DNA of 64,000 bases from an uncultured Armatimonadetes bacterium (GTDB lineage Bacteria > Armatimonadota > UBA5829 > DTJY01): assembly GCA_963717145.1 (NCBI GenBank), contig OY970325.1, positions 1,216,001 to 1,280,000 of the forward strand, read 5' to 3'. This document shows positions 60,919 through 64,000 of the stretch, piece after piece. The notes beneath the pieces were generated by a model. It ran no database searches. It was not told the origin of the DNA and saw only the letters and a program-made list of their open reading frames with translations. Position 1 is the stretch's first letter. The number at the start of each line of letters is the position of its first letter. The translations under genes and the position numbers were made by a program.

Positions 60919-62578
60919 ATGGGCAAGGAATTATCAATCTTACAGAAACACCGCGCGGAGTATCAGCCGAAGCTGCCTGACGCGCTGAAGACCGGCGATA
61001 TCAAAGTCGAGTTCGGCGAGCCGTCGCATCCGGCGACCGATCAGTCGGACATCGAGCGGCTCTTCCCACTGAGCTACGGCCAGCCGGTCGTGAGGATCGT
61101 TCAGGGCGATGGCGGGCTCACCACCGAGCCGCTGAAGGTCGGCGTCGTGCTGTCGGGCGGACAGGCGCCGGGCGGGCACAACGTCATCGCCGGGCTGTTC
61201 GATGCGCTCAAGGCTGCGAACAGGGACAGCAAGCTCTTCGGCTTCCTGAAGGGCCCCGGCGGCGTCATCAAGGGCAAGTACAACGAGATCACCGCCGAGA
61301 TGATCGACGAGTACCGCAACACCGGCGGCTTCGACATGATCATGAGCGGGCGCGACAAGATCGAGAAGCCCGAGGACTTCGAGGCATGCCGCGACAACTT
61401 CGAGGAGATGGGGCTCGACGGCCTGGTGGTCATCGGCGGCGACGATTCGAACACGAACGCCGCGCTGCTCGCCGAGTACCTGCGGGGTCAGAAAAGCAAG
61501 ACGAGCATCATCGGCGTCCCGAAGACGATCGACGGCGACATGAAGAACGAGCAGATCGAGGCGTCGTTCGGCTTCGACACGGCGTGCAAGGTCTACTCCG
61601 AGCTGATCGGCAACATCTGCCGCGACGCGACGTCCGCGGTCAAGTACTGGCACTTCATCCGCCTGATGGGCCGCGCCGCGAGCCACGTGACGCTGGAATG
61701 CGCGCTCCAGACCCACCCGAACATCACGCTCATCTCCGAGGAGGTCCAGGAGAAGGGCACGCACGCTCGAGGAGATCGTCGACTACATCGCCGACGTGAT
61801 CGTCAAGCGCGCCGAGAAGGGACAGAACTACGGCGTGCTGCTCGTCCCCGAGGGTCTGCCGGAGTTCATCTCGGACATCAAGGCGATGATCGACGAGCTG
61901 AGCACGATCCTTGGCAGGGACGAGGACTACATCAAGGGCCTGAGCGATCACTCCGAGCGCGTGCAGCATATCACAGGCGAACTGACCGACGCGAGCGCCA
62001 AGGTGTACAACTCGCTGCCCGTGGACATCCAGGAAGTGCTGCTGAAGCGCGACAGCCACGGCAACGTGCCGCTCTCGCAGGTCGAGACCGAGCGGCTGCT
62101 GATCGATCTGGTCTCGGATAAGATCCGCTTCATCAAGGCACATGACGGCAAGAAGTGGCTCAAGTTCAGCCCGCTGACTCACTTCTTCGGCTACGAGGGC
62201 CGCTGCGCCGCGCCGTCGAACTTCGACGCGGACTACACCTATTCCCTCGGCTACGCGGCGGCGCAGCTCGTGCGCGCGAGACTGACGGGGTACACCGCGA
62301 ACGTGCAGAACCTGACGAAGCAATCGGACGAGTGGGTCGCCGGCGGAATACCGGTGACGATGATGCTGAACATGGAGACGCGCAAGGGCAAGAAGGTCCC
62401 GGTGATCAAGAAGGCGCTCGTCGACCTGGACGGCGCGCCGTTCAAGAAGTTCGCCGCGAATCGCGAGGACTGGGCGCTGAACGACGAGTACATCTTCCCC
62501 GGCCCGATCCAGTACTTCGGCCCGTCCGAGATCGCGGACCGCACGACGGAGACGCTTGCCTTGGAGAGAGGGTGCTGA
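60919..62578 (+). CDS. pfp: pyrophosphate-dependent phosphofructokinase; frameshift near 61760
   Basis: [30 protein letters not shown] and PGPIQY motifs. Confidence 0.9.
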
Positions 62579-62586
62579 GGTAAACC

Positions 62587-62735
62587 CTGTTCGGGCTGGA
62601 GTTGCCAGTGTTCGGGCTGGAGTTGTACTCCAGCTCGCGCCACTAACCGCGGAGTTGTACTCCGCCACGGCTCGGCGAATGGAGTACAACTCCATCATCA
62701 GTCTCACGTGCCGGAGTACAACTCCGGCACGAACG
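62587..62735. repeat. REP family D cluster (GGAGTTGTACTCC / GGAGTACAACTCC)
   Basis: Four 13-bp palindromic units plus TGTTCGGGCTGGAGTTG direct repeats. Confidence 0.75.
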
Positions 62736-62748
62736 GGCACTGGGTTTC

Positions 62749-63642
62749 CTACAAGGTCTCGATTCCGTGCGTCGTGAGAAGGTATTCCTTCGCGGCGGAC
62801 ATATCTTCGGCGGACGGCTCGCGGAACGGGTCCGGGTAGCGGGTGATTCCGAGGCGGGCGTACTTGGAGTCGCCGAGGGCGTGGTATGCAAGAAGCTCGA
62901 TCCCTCGGCAGTTGCGAAGTGAACGATATATCGCGGCCAGGCGGTCGAGATGTTCCTCGGTGAGGTTGACTCGGGCGATGAGGAGGCAGCGGAGGATGGT
63001 CACGCCGCCTGCTTCATCGACCCGGCGGAGGTTCTCGAGGATCGGGGCGAGTGGGACGCGGGTGTTGGCTTCGTGCCGCGCCTCGTCCGTGTCCTTGATG
63101 TCCCACAGGAACAGGTCCACAAGCGGAACGATCTCCAGGAAGCGCTCCGACGGCCCGAAGCCGCATGTCTCGATGCATGTGTGGAGCTTCTCGCCCCCCT
63201 CAAGGATCTGACGGGTGAACTCGAACTGTGCGAGCGGCTCTCCGCCCGAGAGCGTGAGTCCCCCACCCGATTCCTCGTAGAACACGCGGTCCTTCTCGAC
63301 CTCGGCGATGACTTCCCGGGGCGTCATCTCCTTCCCCGCGACTTCGAGGGCGCGGGCGAAGCATCCGTCGGCGCAGGTCATGCACGCCCGGCACATGATC
63401 CGATCGAATGCGTGACCATCCTGGGTCAACGAGTGCCCGCCCTCGGGGCAGACGGCGACGCACTTCCCGCACCCGATGCACAGCCTGGGCGTATAGAAAA
63501 GCTCAGGCTGTCGGCGCTTCGACTCAGGGTTGTGACACCACGCGCAGTCGAGCGGGCAGCCCTTGAGGAACACGACGGTCCGGATGCCCGGCCCGTCGTG
63601 AGTGCAGAATCGCTGGATATCGAAGATAGTTCCTGTTGCCAT
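62749..63642 (-). CDS. glycyl-radical enzyme activating enzyme (radical SAM with ferredoxin insert)
   Basis: HDGPGIRT, GCPLDCAWCHNPE, two CxxCxxC clusters and SGGEP. Confidence 0.92.
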   Translation of the reverse strand: MATGTIFDIQRFCTHDGPGIRTVVFLKGCPLDCAWCHNPESKRRQPELFYTPRLCIGCGKCVAVCPEGGHSLTQDGHAFDRIMCRACMTCADGCFARALEVAGKEMTPREVIAEVEKDRVFYEESGGGLTLSGGEPLAQFEFTRQILEGGEKLHTCIETCGFGPSERFLEIVPLVDLFLWDIKDTDEARHEANTRVPLAPILENLRRVDEAGGVTILRCLLIARVNLTEEHLDRLAAIYRSLRNCRGIELLAYHALGDSKYARLGITRYPDPFREPSAEDMSAAKEYLLTTHGIETL

Positions 63643-63650
63643 GACATTAT

Positions 63651-63726
63651 GTGTGGGAGTATGGGGGTATGGGAGTTTAGGCGCTCCGGACTCCCATACC
63701 CCCACACCCCCACACACCCATACTCC
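63651..63726. repeat. octamer-based inverted repeat (GTATGGGA / CCCACACC)
   Basis: Tandem 8-mers on both arms, between the GRE and its activase. Confidence 0.7.
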
Positions 63727-63728
63727 GC

Positions 63729-64000
63729 CTACACCGTCTGCTGCGTGCGGCCGATCACCATGTCCTGCCAGTTCTTGTCGAGAGTGGCAAACCGGGCCGA
63801 CCATCCTGCGATGCGGACTGCAAGGTTCGGGTATTTCTCGGGATGCCGCTGGGCGTCGAGGAGGAGCGCCGTGTCGACGACATCTATGTGCAGGAAACAG
63901 CCTCTGAGTTTGACAAAGCTCTTCATCACCCCGACTAGCGCGGTGACGCCCTGCTCGCCCTTGACCGACGCCGGCAGGACCTTCAACTCGAGCGTCCCGA
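63729..64000 (-). CDS. C-terminus of a glycyl-radical enzyme (PFL family); partial
   Basis: LLDAQRHPEKYPNLAVRIAGWSARF glycyl-radical loop. Confidence 0.88.
   Translation of the reverse strand, partial: GTLELKVLPASVKGEQGVTALVGVMKSFVKLRGCFLHIDVVDTALLLDAQRHPEKYPNLAVRIAGWSARFATLDKNWQDMVIGRTQQTV

Noticed and set aside
62587-62735. CRISPR array or operator array
   Set aside because: The units are short 13-bp palindromes in inverted arrangement, and the same motif occurs at 20814 and 30163, so this is a REP-like cluster.

Overview
High-GC bacterial chromosomal segment. Gene content (stand-alone LuxR-HTH proteins, an H-X9-DG domain, a large SRP RNA, DUF4838/DUF4091 proteins) suggests an anaerobic Armatimonadota-like organism, but this is inference only. 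Most of the window is housekeeping and carbohydrate metabolism: folC, ppa, a CoA-substrate activase, ffs-dnaX-ybaB-recR, porG/A/B, pdxST, galK/galT, a short rho, ROK/PIG-L, tandem Gfo/Idh/MocA plus ThuA, PPi-PFK, and a glycyl-radical enzyme with its activase. Several genes carry clustered frameshifts that look like long-read consensus errors. The most notable locus is 13.7-17.4 kb. Two near-identical 1362-bp DDE insertion sequences each sit exactly 5 bp upstream of a host sigma70 -35 box, and copy 1 has a 5-bp target-site duplication. Between them lies an HNH endonuclease gene with a ~280-nt leader containing a consensus promoter, an Arg/CGA-rich uORF and mutually exclusive anti-antiterminator, antiterminator and terminator pairings; tRNA-Met lies downstream. 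The window also holds about ten different palindromic REP-like families. One has inserted in frame (99 bp, 33 codons) into the CoA activase gene, and others sit at transcript 5' ends.
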